Shown here in pieces: positions 1 through 9,285 of a stretch of DNA of 64,000 nucleotides (its first letter is position 1; every line of letters starts with the position of its first letter). This DNA comes from Bacteroidales bacterium (GTDB taxonomy: Bacteria > Bacteroidota > Bacteroidia > Bacteroidales > Paludibacteraceae). The translations under genes were made by a program, and so were the position numbers. The notes under the pieces were generated by a model, which was not told where the DNA came from, made no database searches, and was given only the letters and a program-made list of their open reading frames with translations. The stretch is taken from positions 16,293 to 80,292 of the forward strand of contig JBBSDM010000006.1 in assembly GCA_038249445.1 (NCBI GenBank), in the 5' to 3' direction.

Positions 1-390
1 CTCTATCAATCGATGTTTTTCTTTGTTTACTTTTTGCGCCACATTGCGCATTTCGAGCACATCATTGTCGGCAAAATTCATTTCGATGGATTGTTTACTG
101 TCCAATGCTTTGCGAACGTAACGAAAGATCAACTCGTCGCTCCCCGCCAGTTCCGACATCCAAACATAAGAGAGCATATTGCGGGTAATTGGCGACAGCT
201 TTTTTTCTAATCGTTTCCATACACGACTAGATTTTTCTTCATCAGTAATAACTCTATAACTCACGTCGACAAATAAAGGCTCAAGTTCCTCCACTCGCAA
301 TAGTTTGTCGGGGAAAGTCTTGCGGTTGTAGGCGTCAAATACGGCCGTGAGTAAACCTTCAAAAGTTTTATCGTAGTGGAAAATGATCAT
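1..390 (-). CDS. TIGR03915-family putative DNA repair/modification protein (DUF4130-like N-terminal part); 3' end runs off the window
   Basis: Absent from the ORF track because it is open to the window edge. A reverse-strand ATG at 388-390 lies 3 nt after the radical-SAM stop at 394-396. It opens a stop-free frame down to base 1, reading MIIFHYDKTFEGLLTAVFDAYNRKTFPDKLLRVEELEPLFVD...SELAGSDELIFRYVRKAL. The sequence and its position right after a TIGR03916-type radical SAM gene fit the known two-gene cassette. Confidence 0.6.
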   Translation of the reverse strand, partial: MIIFHYDKTFEGLLTAVFDAYNRKTFPDKLLRVEELEPLFVDVSYRVITDEEKSSRVWKRLEKKLSPITRNMLSYVWMSELAGSDELIFRYVRKALDSKQSIEMNFADNDVLEMRNVAQKVNKEKHRLIE

Positions 391-393
391 ATT

Positions 394-1668
394 TTATTCA
401 GGAAATATTAAAGCTGTTTGATGTTTGTTATCTTTTCCTTTCGACATTTTTTTCTCGGTCAGTATTCGTCGAACATATTCAGGTGAAGTATCATTCACGT
501 TGAAAGCAGCCAGTTCGTTGCAGGTGATAAAATACTGTGCCTTTTTCAACGACACTCCCATCTTTTTTAGTGATTCGGAAGTTAGACGAGCGTATCTGCG
601 GGTAACAACAATCATTTTAGCCGATTTTACACCAATACCGGGAATGCGGAGAATCTGCGAGTAATCGGCTTTGTTTATGTCCACGGGGAATTGCTCGGGA
701 TGGCGCAATGCCCACGATAGTTTTGGATCTATCTCCAAATCGAGATTGGGGAACTTGTCGTCCACAATTTCATCTACATTGAACTCATAAAAGCGCATCA
801 ACCAATCGGCCTGATACAACCTGTTCTCGCGCACCAACGGTGGTTTGATAAGTGCTGGTAGCCGGTTGTCATTCGTATTGATGGGAATGTAGCCCGAATA
901 ATACACCCGTTTCATACTGGGACGTTGGTATATTGAGGCTGATACATTAAGTATTTGCTTGTCGGTGTCGTCGGTAGCGCCAATAATCATTTGAGTACTT
1001 TGTCCGGCAGGAGCAAAACGAGGTGCTGAATTGAACTTTCGGCGTTCCTCGCCACTTTCCAATACGCCTTGCTGAATGTAGAGCATCGGCGCAAAAACGC
1101 TTTTATGATCTTTCTCCGGAGCCAACATTTTCAGGTTTTGTTCTGTTGGTATTTCTATGTTTACGCTCAACCTGTCGGCATACAGTCCTGCTTCGCGTAC
1201 CAGTAGCTCACTAGCACCTGGTATACTTTTCATGTGGATATAGCCATTGTAACGATGCACCGTGCGCAGCTGTTTAATCACTCGCACCATTCGTTCCATG
1301 GTGTAGTCGGGATTGTTGATGACCCCCGAGCTGAGAAATAATCCTTCGATGTAATTTCGACGGTAGAATTCTATAGTTAACTCCACCAACTCCTCTACCG
1401 AAAAAGTGGCACGGCGAATGTCGTTGTTCCTTCGGTTGATGCAATATGCACAATCGTAGATACAGTAATTGGTAAGCATAATTTTAAGAAGTGATACACA
1501 ACGACCGTCCTCGGTAAAGCTATGACAAATGCCCCAACCAGCCGTACTCCCAATACTACCCGGCGTATTTTTCCGCGTAGTACCGCTAGAGGAGCACGAA
1601 ACATCGTACTTTGCCGACTCGGCCAGTGTTTTAAGTTTTTCGAGGGTTTCTTCTTTCATGCTATGCAA
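394..1668 (-). CDS. putative DNA modification/repair radical SAM protein (TIGR03916-like) with C-terminal helix-hairpin-helix
   Basis: 424-aa ORF. It has the CX3CX2C radical SAM cluster motif (NYCIYDCAYCINR) and a C-terminal HhH motif (ILRIPGIGVKSAKMIV). It is tightly coupled to the downstream DUF4130-like gene. Confidence 0.85.
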   Translation of the reverse strand: MHSMKEETLEKLKTLAESAKYDVSCSSSGTTRKNTPGSIGSTAGWGICHSFTEDGRCVSLLKIMLTNYCIYDCAYCINRRNNDIRRATFSVEELVELTIEFYRRNYIEGLFLSSGVINNPDYTMERMVRVIKQLRTVHRYNGYIHMKSIPGASELLVREAGLYADRLSVNIEIPTEQNLKMLAPEKDHKSVFAPMLYIQQGVLESGEERRKFNSAPRFAPAGQSTQMIIGATDDTDKQILNVSASIYQRPSMKRVYYSGYIPINTNDNRLPALIKPPLVRENRLYQADWLMRFYEFNVDEIVDDKFPNLDLEIDPKLSWALRHPEQFPVDINKADYSQILRIPGIGVKSAKMIVVTRRYARLTSESLKKMGVSLKKAQYFITCNELAAFNVNDTSPEYVRRILTEKKMSKGKDNKHQTALIFPE

Positions 1669-1816
1669 AGTAACGGATTTTGGGCGAGAAAAATAGACGA
1701 GGAATCATTAAAACTTAGCGGTTGTTGATAAGTTTTGGTTGATAGTAGTAAGTGACTTTTATATTTGGATAAAGTGTTAGTTAATTGATGTTTGTGCGTT
1801 CGAGTATATGTAAAAA

Positions 1817-1855
1817 AGAACTCCTACAAGCCTTAACTTGCAAGAGTTCTTTTTA
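1817..1855 (-). terminator. rho-independent terminator (usable in both directions) after the small exported protein gene
   Basis: AGAACTCCTACAAG (1817-1830) pairs with CTTGCAAGAGTTCT (1837-1850), 12 of 14 positions. It is flanked by an A6 run upstream and a T5 run downstream. Confidence 0.6.
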
Positions 1856-1879
1856 TTTTAAAAGGGAGGAAGTTGATTT

Positions 1880-2365
1880 TTAATCATCGTCTCGATCATT
1901 GCGATCTTCATATCTTTCGCGATTGTTCCAACGTCTGTCTTCTCTATTCTTTCGATATTGAACTTCGCGTCTGTTGTCGCGTCTGTATTCGGAATACCTT
2001 CTGTCATTGGTGTTGTAGGGGTTATCAAATCTGTATCCTCTTTGGTCATCGTTGTAACACTGCGGTGCGCGGTAGTTCCTGTTTAACTCTATATAGCGAG
2101 CATTACGGAAGTTTGTATTCCCCAATCTGATGGGTAAGTCCGAGCTAGCACCCCATCTTCCATTGTTGACTGAAATATATACACCTCGTTGAATGTCGTA
2201 ATACATATTGTATTCAGGAAAATAAACTTGCTGTGTTTGTGCTCTGTAGCCGTGAGTAGGAGCCCAGAAAGGAACTCTATGATTGCGGGCTGAAACTTCG
2301 GTTAGCATACTCAAACTAAGTGCGAAAAATACGCTTAGGGCTATTGTAAATAATTTAGTTTTCAT
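1880..2365 (-). CDS. small exported protein of unknown function with a highly charged R/D/N/Y-rich C-terminal tail
   Basis: 161-aa ORF with an N-terminal signal peptide (MKTKLFTIALSVFFALSLSMLTEVSA). The C-terminal ~70 aa are almost entirely R, D, N, E and Y (…RRDNRREVQYRKNREDRRWNNRERYEDRNDRDDD). I recognise no family. Confidence 0.55.
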   Translation of the reverse strand: MKTKLFTIALSVFFALSLSMLTEVSARNHRVPFWAPTHGYRAQTQQVYFPEYNMYYDIQRGVYISVNNGRWGASSDLPIRLGNTNFRNARYIELNRNYRAPQCYNDDQRGYRFDNPYNTNDRRYSEYRRDNRREVQYRKNREDRRWNNRERYEDRNDRDDD

Positions 2366-2618
2366 GATGTTTTATTTTAAAGGATTAGAATATATTGATT
2401 TGATTGTAATGGTCATAAGCCAATTTCTGTGCCAAAGTTTTTCGGTCGATTTTTATTTTATAAAACCAGTGCAATGCATTTGGATGCATTGACCAAAGTC
2501 TAGTTGGGAAATTTTGAATTCATATTTCTAAATTCTATTTTCGTCTCGTTTTGAAAATTTAGTTGTTTTGTTTGCAATAATTCATTGTTATATATTCTAG
2601 TATTTGCCTTATATTTCT

Positions 2619-2626
2619 TATTTTTG
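2619..2626 (+). promoter_or_regulatory. candidate Bacteroidota -7 promoter box (TAttTTTG) for the plug/lysC genes
   Basis: TATTTTTG matches the TAnnTTTG consensus and lies 42 nt upstream of the ATG at 2668. Confidence 0.35.
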
Positions 2627-2667
2627 TGGCTCGAAAATAGATGTTGTTTTCGACAAATCAACGAAGC

Positions 2668-3915
2668 ATGAAAAAACTATTTTTCTTACTTGGTATTTTC
2701 TTCTGTTTGAGCCTTGCAGGCCAAACAATTTACCGTACGCAACGATTTCACCCCAATGTTAAAACGCTTCAATTTAATGTGAGAGGAGAACCAATGGGTT
2801 TACCTATCATCGAATTGAATAGTCCAACTGTGTTGCAATTAAGTTTTGATGAAATGTCGCACGAGGCTCATTCATACAGCTACAAAGTACTGCACTGTGA
2901 TGCCAACTGGACACTCTCTGATTTGAATACAAACGAATACATTGCCGGCTTTACCACCGTGAATATAACTAATTATGTACAGTCGTTGAATACCACCTTT
3001 TTATATACTCATTACAGCCTTAATTTGCCCAACGATGACATGAACTTTAAAATATCGGGGAATTATGTGGTGGAGGTTTATGAGGATAATCAAACCGATA
3101 AACCCATTGCACAGGCTTGTTTCTCCATTGTTGAACCTCGAATAAGTATTACAACCAATTTGCGGGGCAATACCGATACCGAAGTGAACGGACGAATGCA
3201 GCAATTGGATGTGGAAGTAAATCTGAATGGTTATCTGGTGCGCGATGCTGCTACTGAAATTAAAATGCTGGTACGACAAAATAACCGTATAGATAATCAG
3301 GTTTTTGGGATTAAACCAACTTATCTTTTAGGCCTGAAATTAAGCTATATAAATAATAAAGAGTTGATTTTCGATGGTGGATATGAGTACCACCGGTTCG
3401 ATATTTCATCGGTGTATGCGGCTGGAGCTGGAGTGGCAGCCATAAGATTTCAACAGGGTGCATATCATGCTAAGATCTACGATGATAAAATTCAGGTTTC
3501 AAAACTGTACATGCAGGAAATGGATGTCAATGGCAAGTATGTGGTGAACATGCAGCGTGCGAATGACAATGATATTGAAGCCGATTATATGTATGTGCAT
3601 GTCAACCTTCCTGTTAAACAACCGTTTTTCGATGGGCAGCTATATTTGGGTGGTGAGTTTAATTATAATCTGTTGGATGACGCTTCTCGGTTAAAATATG
3701 ACAACGAAACAGGTGCGTATTCTCTGACATTATTGCTCAAACAAGGCGGTTATAATTATCAATATTGGTTTGTACCAAAAGGAACAACTAAAGCGTTGCC
3801 CGAACGAGTTGATGGCAATCGCTGGGAGACAAAAAACCAATATACTGTTTATGTTTATCATCGCGCCTGGGGCGAGCGGTACGACCGGTTAGTGGGATTG
3901 AAAAATATTGAGTGA
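2668..3915 (+). CDS. type IX secretion system plug protein family (DUF5103-like), exported
   Basis: The ORF is 2641-3915. I prefer the internal ATG at 2668, which gives a classic signal peptide (MKKLFFLLGIFFCLSLAGQ). The N-terminal region (…SYSYKVLHCDANWTLSDLNTNEYIAGF…NFKISGNYVVEVYED) matches my recollection of DUF5103 / T9SS_plug_1st proteins of ~420 aa. Confidence 0.65.
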   Translation: MKKLFFLLGIFFCLSLAGQTIYRTQRFHPNVKTLQFNVRGEPMGLPIIELNSPTVLQLSFDEMSHEAHSYSYKVLHCDANWTLSDLNTNEYIAGFTTVNITNYVQSLNTTFLYTHYSLNLPNDDMNFKISGNYVVEVYEDNQTDKPIAQACFSIVEPRISITTNLRGNTDTEVNGRMQQLDVEVNLNGYLVRDAATEIKMLVRQNNRIDNQVFGIKPTYLLGLKLSYINNKELIFDGGYEYHRFDISSVYAAGAGVAAIRFQQGAYHAKIYDDKIQVSKLYMQEMDVNGKYVVNMQRANDNDIEADYMYVHVNLPVKQPFFDGQLYLGGEFNYNLLDDASRLKYDNETGAYSLTLLLKQGGYNYQYWFVPKGTTKALPERVDGNRWETKNQYTVYVYHRAWGERYDRLVGLKNIE

Positions 3916-3935
3916 AGAACTATTTTATTGATAGA

Positions 3936-5201
3936 ATGAAAGTTTACAAATTTGGAGGAGCGTCGGTGCGCTCGGCAGAAGGGATTCGCAACATTGCTCA
4001 CATTGTGTCGGGCGTAAGTGATAATTTATTTATCGTGGTGTCGGCTATGGGTAAAACTACCAATGCTATGGAAATGGTGTTGGACTTATTTATGAAGGCC
4101 GATCACGAGGGTTCTTTGGCCAAATTGGCCGAAGTGGAAAGCTATCATTACGATATAATTGCTGAGCTATTTGCCGATAAAACAAAAGGAAATGCGGCTG
4201 TTGAACCTCTTTTCGAAGAACTTAAAAAGTACTTGGTAGAGGGTGTTGGCGATGAATACGACCGCTGGTACGATCGGCTGGTGTCTTATGGTGAAGTTAT
4301 ATCAACGCAACTTGTTTCAGCTTTTCTGGCTGAATCGGGTATTGCCAATGAGTGGGTAGATATGCGGGGATTATTGGTGACGGATAGTAATTATCGCGAA
4401 GCCAATGTGCGCATGGAAGATTCGCAAGTGCGATTGCAAAAAGTGGCCGATTTCAACAAGAACCGTATCTACATTGGTCAGGGTTTTATTGGTGCTAACA
4501 TAAAAGGCGACCCCACTACACTAGGTCGTGAGGGCTCTGATTACTCGGCAGCTGTGGTTGGAAATTTATTGAATGCCGAAAGTGTTTCGATATGGAAAGA
4601 TGTTCCGGGAATTTTAAATGCTGATCCTCGTTTGTTCGAAAATACGGTGCTTATACCCGAAATGACTTATCTTGATGCAGTGGAATTGGCCTACAGTGGT
4701 GCTCAGATTATTCACCCGAAAACAATTAAACCGCTACAAAACAAGAATATTCCTTTGTTTGTTCGTCCGTTTGGAAGTCCTACCGAGGCTGGTTCGGTGA
4801 TTAAAGGCACTACTGAAAAGCCCATCAATGTTCCGATTCTTATTTTGCGCAAAAATCAGGTGTTGATTACAGTTCGTCCACGCGATTTCTCTTTTGTATT
4901 GGAAGAAAGTCTTTCGAAAGCATTTGCGGTAATGAATAAGCACCGATTGAAAGTTTCGTTGATACAAAGTTCGGCCATTAGTATTTCAGTTTGTGTGGAT
5001 AACTCGCGTTATCTTTCGGGTGCATTGGACGAATTGGGCAATGAATTTAATGTAAATTATAACGATAACCTAGAACTACTAACTATCCGTGGTATTTCGG
5101 ATGATATAGTGGCGAAAACAACTGGTGGCCGTACTATTCTATTGAAACAACAAACCCGAAGAAGTGGTCGATTTTTAATGAGAGAGGACATCAATTCATA
5201 A
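3936..5201 (+). CDS. lysC: aspartate kinase
   Basis: MKVYKFGGASVRSAEGI… is the amino-acid kinase N-terminus. The ~420-aa length leaves room for a C-terminal ACT-like regulatory region. The track start at 3912 is a GTG overlapping the upstream stop, so I prefer the ATG at 3936. Confidence 0.9.
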   Translation: MKVYKFGGASVRSAEGIRNIAHIVSGVSDNLFIVVSAMGKTTNAMEMVLDLFMKADHEGSLAKLAEVESYHYDIIAELFADKTKGNAAVEPLFEELKKYLVEGVGDEYDRWYDRLVSYGEVISTQLVSAFLAESGIANEWVDMRGLLVTDSNYREANVRMEDSQVRLQKVADFNKNRIYIGQGFIGANIKGDPTTLGREGSDYSAAVVGNLLNAESVSIWKDVPGILNADPRLFENTVLIPEMTYLDAVELAYSGAQIIHPKTIKPLQNKNIPLFVRPFGSPTEAGSVIKGTTEKPINVPILILRKNQVLITVRPRDFSFVLEESLSKAFAVMNKHRLKVSLIQSSAISISVCVDNSRYLSGALDELGNEFNVNYNDNLELLTIRGISDDIVAKTTGGRTILLKQQTRRSGRFLMREDINS

Positions 5202-5382
5202 TGTATAATTCAATGTCGTTTACTTAGCACATGGAATAAACGGAGTGTACGGATAATTACTGTTTTTTGTTTTTAAGATTTCGTTTACAGAGTTGTTTTA
5301 CGAATAGTGATATTCTGTTTCTTATGTGTGTTCAGTGTGCTAATTCCTTATCTAAATGGCATTGATGAATAATTAATAGTTC

Positions 5383-5425
5383 AAAAAAAGAAACGCCTTC
5401 TGATTGTTGTCACAAGGCGTTTTTT
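5383..5425. terminator. bidirectional rho-independent terminator between convergent lysC and putA
   Basis: AACGCCTT (5392-5399) pairs with AAGGCGTT (5414-5421). An A-run lies on the left and a T-run on the right. Confidence 0.6.
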
Positions 5426-5453
5426 ACGTTTAGTAATATGAAGGATTGTTGGT

Positions 5454-8400
5454 TCAATCCTTCGTCTCAATTGTTTCGGTAATGCTGCCATAGCGGTGGT
5501 ACTCGAAGGTAATACTTTGCTCTTTCACATAGTGGAGCAATTCCAGGCGTCCTTCGATAATCGGTTTTGCCATGGCGATATACTTTCCTATTTTTGCAGC
5601 TTCCTGCATCATTTCTTTCGAAATAGCAGAACTGCAAGTGCGTATGCGTTCGTAGTCATCCATTTCTTCTAAAAACCCTGTTTCCGATTGAATAAGGATA
5701 TCACATTCTTTGTTGATGCAATTCTTCAGCACTTCCAACTTGTAGTCTTCTTGTGCGATGGACAATGTGACTCGGGTTCCTGCAATATCAGCAGCCGATA
5801 GAATCATAAAGATGTCGCTCAACTCGTCGGTAGCTTGTACGCGCAATGCCATGTTTTTCAGAGGTAAATAACGGAAGGTATTTCGCTCACCAAGTAAATT
5901 GTTAATGTCTAGTTCCAATGAGAATTCATGTTTCCAGCTGTTTAGATAGCTTTCTACAGCGCCTTGGAAACGTTCATTTTCTTTTACGTTTAACATACCT
6001 ACAAATGATTTATAAGCCGCGTTTTTTACTATGCTGATTTTATACTCCGGATTTTGGGTGATATTTACAAAGCACGAAACATAGTTGCGACCACCCGCTT
6101 TTATGCCGCCACCAAAGGCCGACCGTTTCATGCCACCAAAAGGTTGACGGTTAACAATTGCCCCCGTAATACCACGGTTGATGTATAAGTTGCCAGCTTC
6201 GATATTTGTTTTCCAGTGATGTTGTTCTGTTTCATCCAGACTTTGAAGTCCTGAAGTGAGTCCAAAGTCGGTATGATTGTTCAATAAGTCGATACCATGA
6301 TCCAAATCGTCGATACAAACAACCGAAAGAAGTGGTGCGAACAATTCGTTTTTAAATGTGAAACTGTCTGGTTTTACACCCCATTTTACTGATGGTTTCA
6401 AAATGAATTTCTTTTCATCAATAAATTCAGGTTTCACCAACCAGCATTCACCTTCTTCCAGATGATTGATGGCATGCATCAGCTTGTCATTTTCGTTGGT
6501 GATCATTGGGCCAACTACATTGCCACCATTCCATACACTGCCAACTTGCAGGCTTGTAACTGCATCGGTAAGTTTTGTTTTAAAGTCAGGATCATTGTAC
6601 ACCTCTTTTTCGAGCAAGAGCAATGAACAAGCCGAACACTTTTGACCAGCATTGCTAAATGCCGATGTTACAATGTTTTGAATGGCATGGTCGCGGTCGC
6701 CACTAGAGGTTAGAATGATTCCATTTTTACCTCCTGTTTCGGCAGAAAGTGGACAAGTGGGATTGTTTTCCAATAAGCGGAAAGCCGTATCGGTTCCACC
6801 AGTCAGAATAATGTGTTTGATGCTTGGATGTGCTGTCAGGTAACTCAATGGTTCGCGGCCGTCGGTGCAAACTACTTGCAGTGCATCTTTCGGAACGCCG
6901 GCATCCCAAAACGATTTTGCAAACGCCCACGCCACTGGCAATGCTACCGATGCTGGTTTTAAGATAACACTGTTTCCGCCCGCCAACGCAGCAGCCACAC
7001 CTCCAACCGGAATAGCCAACGGAAAGTTCCAAGGTGGAATAACAAGCACAATGCCTTTAGGTGTGCAGTTAACGGTTTTCAAATCGTCGAAAGCTTTCAT
7101 TGAGATGGGGTAGAAACGGCAGAAATCAATGCCTTCTGAGATTTCTACATCTCCCTCGCCAACTGTTTTTCCGGTAATGGCCGACATGCATCCAATCAGA
7201 TTTCCACGATCATTGCCGAGGTTGTCAGCTACCTGATGAAGAATGCGATTACGACTCTCCAGCGTTGTAGTGCGCCACTTTGAGGCATCTGCTTCGGCTA
7301 CAGCAATGATTTCTTTTACTTGTTCCAAATTCGAAACGCTTGCTTCGCAAACACATATCTCTTCGGTCTGACTTCGGTCGAAATAAGAAAGTTTTTTAGA
7401 TGAAGTCAATTCTTTTTCGCCAATTTGAACCGGGATTTGATAAGGTTTATCATTTACCGATTTTTTCCAGTTTTTGCGGATTGTGTCAGCCCACAAACGG
7501 TTTGGTTTCAAATCAAAATTAGTGTCCGGCTCATTTTTGAAAGTTGAAAGTTGATAGATGACAGTTGACAGTTCTTGTTTTTTGCTACTTCCCGTTTGCT
7601 GCTTCCCGCTTACTTCTTGCTGCTTATTTCTGTCTTGCGTTCTATGCGTTTTAACCTCCATTTTATCTTTCATAGCAAACGCCTCAAGAAATTGCGCTCT
7701 CAGGAAGTTCCATTGTTTGCTGTCGTATTTCAGTCCGAACGAGTAGCTCAAGAAGTTATCTTTACCGGTGTTTTCGTCCAATCGGCGCACCAGATACGAA
7801 ACTGCATTCAAGAAATGTTTATTTTCTACCACTGGGGTATAAAGTATGATTTGCTTATCGAGGCTGCGCATAACGCGTGGCAGGTGGTTGGCCATTCCTT
7901 CCAACATTTCGAAGGTGACTTCAGCCTCAACACCGTTTTTCTTAGCCAATAAATAAGCATAACCGATACTGAAAAAATTGTGCGATGCCACACCAATGTG
8001 CAGTGCTTTTGCATTCTCGGGTTGCAAAGCGAGATCCAGAATGTGCAAGTAATTGGCATCCACTTCCACTTTGCTGCCCAGCACAGGATTTTCCCAGCCT
8101 TTGAACGACGATATGATGCTTTCCATTTGCAGGTTGGCACCTTTTACCAAACGCATTTTAAGAGGCGCACCACCATCAGATACACGTTTCTTGGCAAATT
8201 GTAGTAATTCGGATTGTAATTTTCCGGCATCGGAAAGATAAGCCTGTATGACAATACCCGCCGAATAATTTTTAAATTGAGGCAGACTCAAAACGGTCGT
8301 GAAAATATCCAGTGTCAGCTCGGCATCTTTGTATTCTTCCATGTCGAGGTTCACAAACTTGTTGTGGGCAACACCTTCTTCGTCGATGAATTTATAGTCG

Positions 8401-9029
8401 ACAGTTTGTTGGTAAATGCATGCCAACCGTTCGCACAGATCAATTTTGTTTTCTGCGTAGTTTAATGGATTTATCTGTGCGTAAATACCGGATATTTTGA
8501 TCGAGATGTAATTGATGCGCGGATCTTTGAGTGCTTCCAGATAATGTTCGTAGCGATGATTGGCTTCATTATTACCCAATACCACTTCGCCCAACAGATT
8601 GATATTCTGACCAATTTTCTGATGTTGACGTTCGGTTAAGTGTTGATTTAGGAAAGAAGCTTTCTCGTTGATAATCACTTTGGCAGTATCTAAACGCAAG
8701 CGATATTTGATGATGGGAACAGCTATTGAATAAAAACGGTAACCAAAACTGGTGTAAAGTTTAAACAGAAAGGTATCGGTAGGGCTCAGAAATTGTGGAA
8801 TGCCGTACTGTTTGATCAGAACTTTAATGCGAAGTGCGAGTTTCTTTTTGTCGTGGATTTGCGATGTCTCATCCAGCATTTTCGATAGCAGTGTTTTGTC
8901 ATTTGGATTCTGAATGAGGATGGCGTACTTTTTTTGTTCTTTCAACTCGTCGCCGGTAATTTCTTTTTCTGATTTGGCAAGAAAGTCTTTGGCCCAATCA
9001 AGGACTTCTGTGGTACTTATTTTTTCCAT
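5454..9029 (-). CDS. putA: bifunctional proline dehydrogenase / L-glutamate gamma-semialdehyde (P5C) dehydrogenase
   Basis: 1191 aa. The N-terminal half carries PRODH motifs (LVKGANL, GVASHNFFS, FEMLEGMANH, YLVRRLDENT). The C-terminal half is an aldehyde dehydrogenase (ILKPAS, ETGGKNGIIL, NAGQKCSACS). Confidence 0.9.
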   Translation of the reverse strand: MEKISTTEVLDWAKDFLAKSEKEITGDELKEQKKYAILIQNPNDKTLLSKMLDETSQIHDKKKLALRIKVLIKQYGIPQFLSPTDTFLFKLYTSFGYRFYSIAVPIIKYRLRLDTAKVIINEKASFLNQHLTERQHQKIGQNINLLGEVVLGNNEANHRYEHYLEALKDPRINYISIKISGIYAQINPLNYAENKIDLCERLACIYQQTVDYKFIDEEGVAHNKFVNLDMEEYKDAELTLDIFTTVLSLPQFKNYSAGIVIQAYLSDAGKLQSELLQFAKKRVSDGGAPLKMRLVKGANLQMESIISSFKGWENPVLGSKVEVDANYLHILDLALQPENAKALHIGVASHNFFSIGYAYLLAKKNGVEAEVTFEMLEGMANHLPRVMRSLDKQIILYTPVVENKHFLNAVSYLVRRLDENTGKDNFLSYSFGLKYDSKQWNFLRAQFLEAFAMKDKMEVKTHRTQDRNKQQEVSGKQQTGSSKKQELSTVIYQLSTFKNEPDTNFDLKPNRLWADTIRKNWKKSVNDKPYQIPVQIGEKELTSSKKLSYFDRSQTEEICVCEASVSNLEQVKEIIAVAEADASKWRTTTLESRNRILHQVADNLGNDRGNLIGCMSAITGKTVGEGDVEISEGIDFCRFYPISMKAFDDLKTVNCTPKGIVLVIPPWNFPLAIPVGGVAAALAGGNSVILKPASVALPVAWAFAKSFWDAGVPKDALQVVCTDGREPLSYLTAHPSIKHIILTGGTDTAFRLLENNPTCPLSAETGGKNGIILTSSGDRDHAIQNIVTSAFSNAGQKCSACSLLLLEKEVYNDPDFKTKLTDAVTSLQVGSVWNGGNVVGPMITNENDKLMHAINHLEEGECWLVKPEFIDEKKFILKPSVKWGVKPDSFTFKNELFAPLLSVVCIDDLDHGIDLLNNHTDFGLTSGLQSLDETEQHHWKTNIEAGNLYINRGITGAIVNRQPFGGMKRSAFGGGIKAGGRNYVSCFVNITQNPEYKISIVKNAAYKSFVGMLNVKENERFQGAVESYLNSWKHEFSLELDINNLLGERNTFRYLPLKNMALRVQATDELSDIFMILSAADIAGTRVTLSIAQEDYKLEVLKNCINKECDILIQSETGFLEEMDDYERIRTCSSAISKEMMQEAAKIGKYIAMAKPIIEGRLELLHYVKEQSITFEYHRYGSITETIETKD

Positions 9030-9056
9030 AAAAACTTCATTGTTTAAAATTCGTCC

Positions 9057-9064
9057 GAAAGATA
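9057..9064 (-). promoter_or_regulatory. candidate near-consensus -7 box (TATCTTTC on the minus strand) for putA
   Basis: Plus-strand GAAAGATA lies 28 nt upstream of the putA ATG. It departs from TAnnTTTG at one position. The same CGAAAGATA string occurs next to the susC-side operator at 35892-35900. Confidence 0.3.
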
Positions 9065-9285
9065 ATGGAAAAGTATGAAATCTGTATAATTATTAGAATA
9101 TTCTTTTATAAAATGATCGATCTTGTCAGTTAATCAGCGAACAGTCATCGAAAAATATTGCAAGTACGTTTATGAGCTCCCTTTTGTTGTATCTGAAGTT
9201 AATCATTAGCAATTAATGTTGTACCTTTGAAATCGAAAAAGTCTTCACGTGAGTGTGAGAGAGTTACCGATTCATAAAAAATACG

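Noticed and set aside
13-210. Many short ORFs in the track lie inside or antisense to long, well-supported genes. Examples: 13-210, 425-664, 1395-1604, 1873-2130, the ~20 minus-strand ORFs inside sprA such as 16069-16551, 37277-37693 inside the MFS gene, and 63304-63867 opposite the TPR gene.
   Set aside because: They overlap genes with strong family signatures. They have skewed, low-complexity or Cys/Ser/Arg-rich composition typical of shadow frames, lack signal or family motifs, and have no independent promoter or terminator context.
5224-5343. TTAGCACA (5224-5231) and TGTGCTAA (5336-5343) are CIRCE-like half sites downstream of lysC. I also considered a lysine riboswitch near lysC.
   Set aside because: The half sites are ~105 nt apart, where CIRCE has a 9-nt spacer, and they are not upstream of a chaperone gene. 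The region is 3' of lysC, not 5', and I could not recognise lysine-riboswitch conserved cores.
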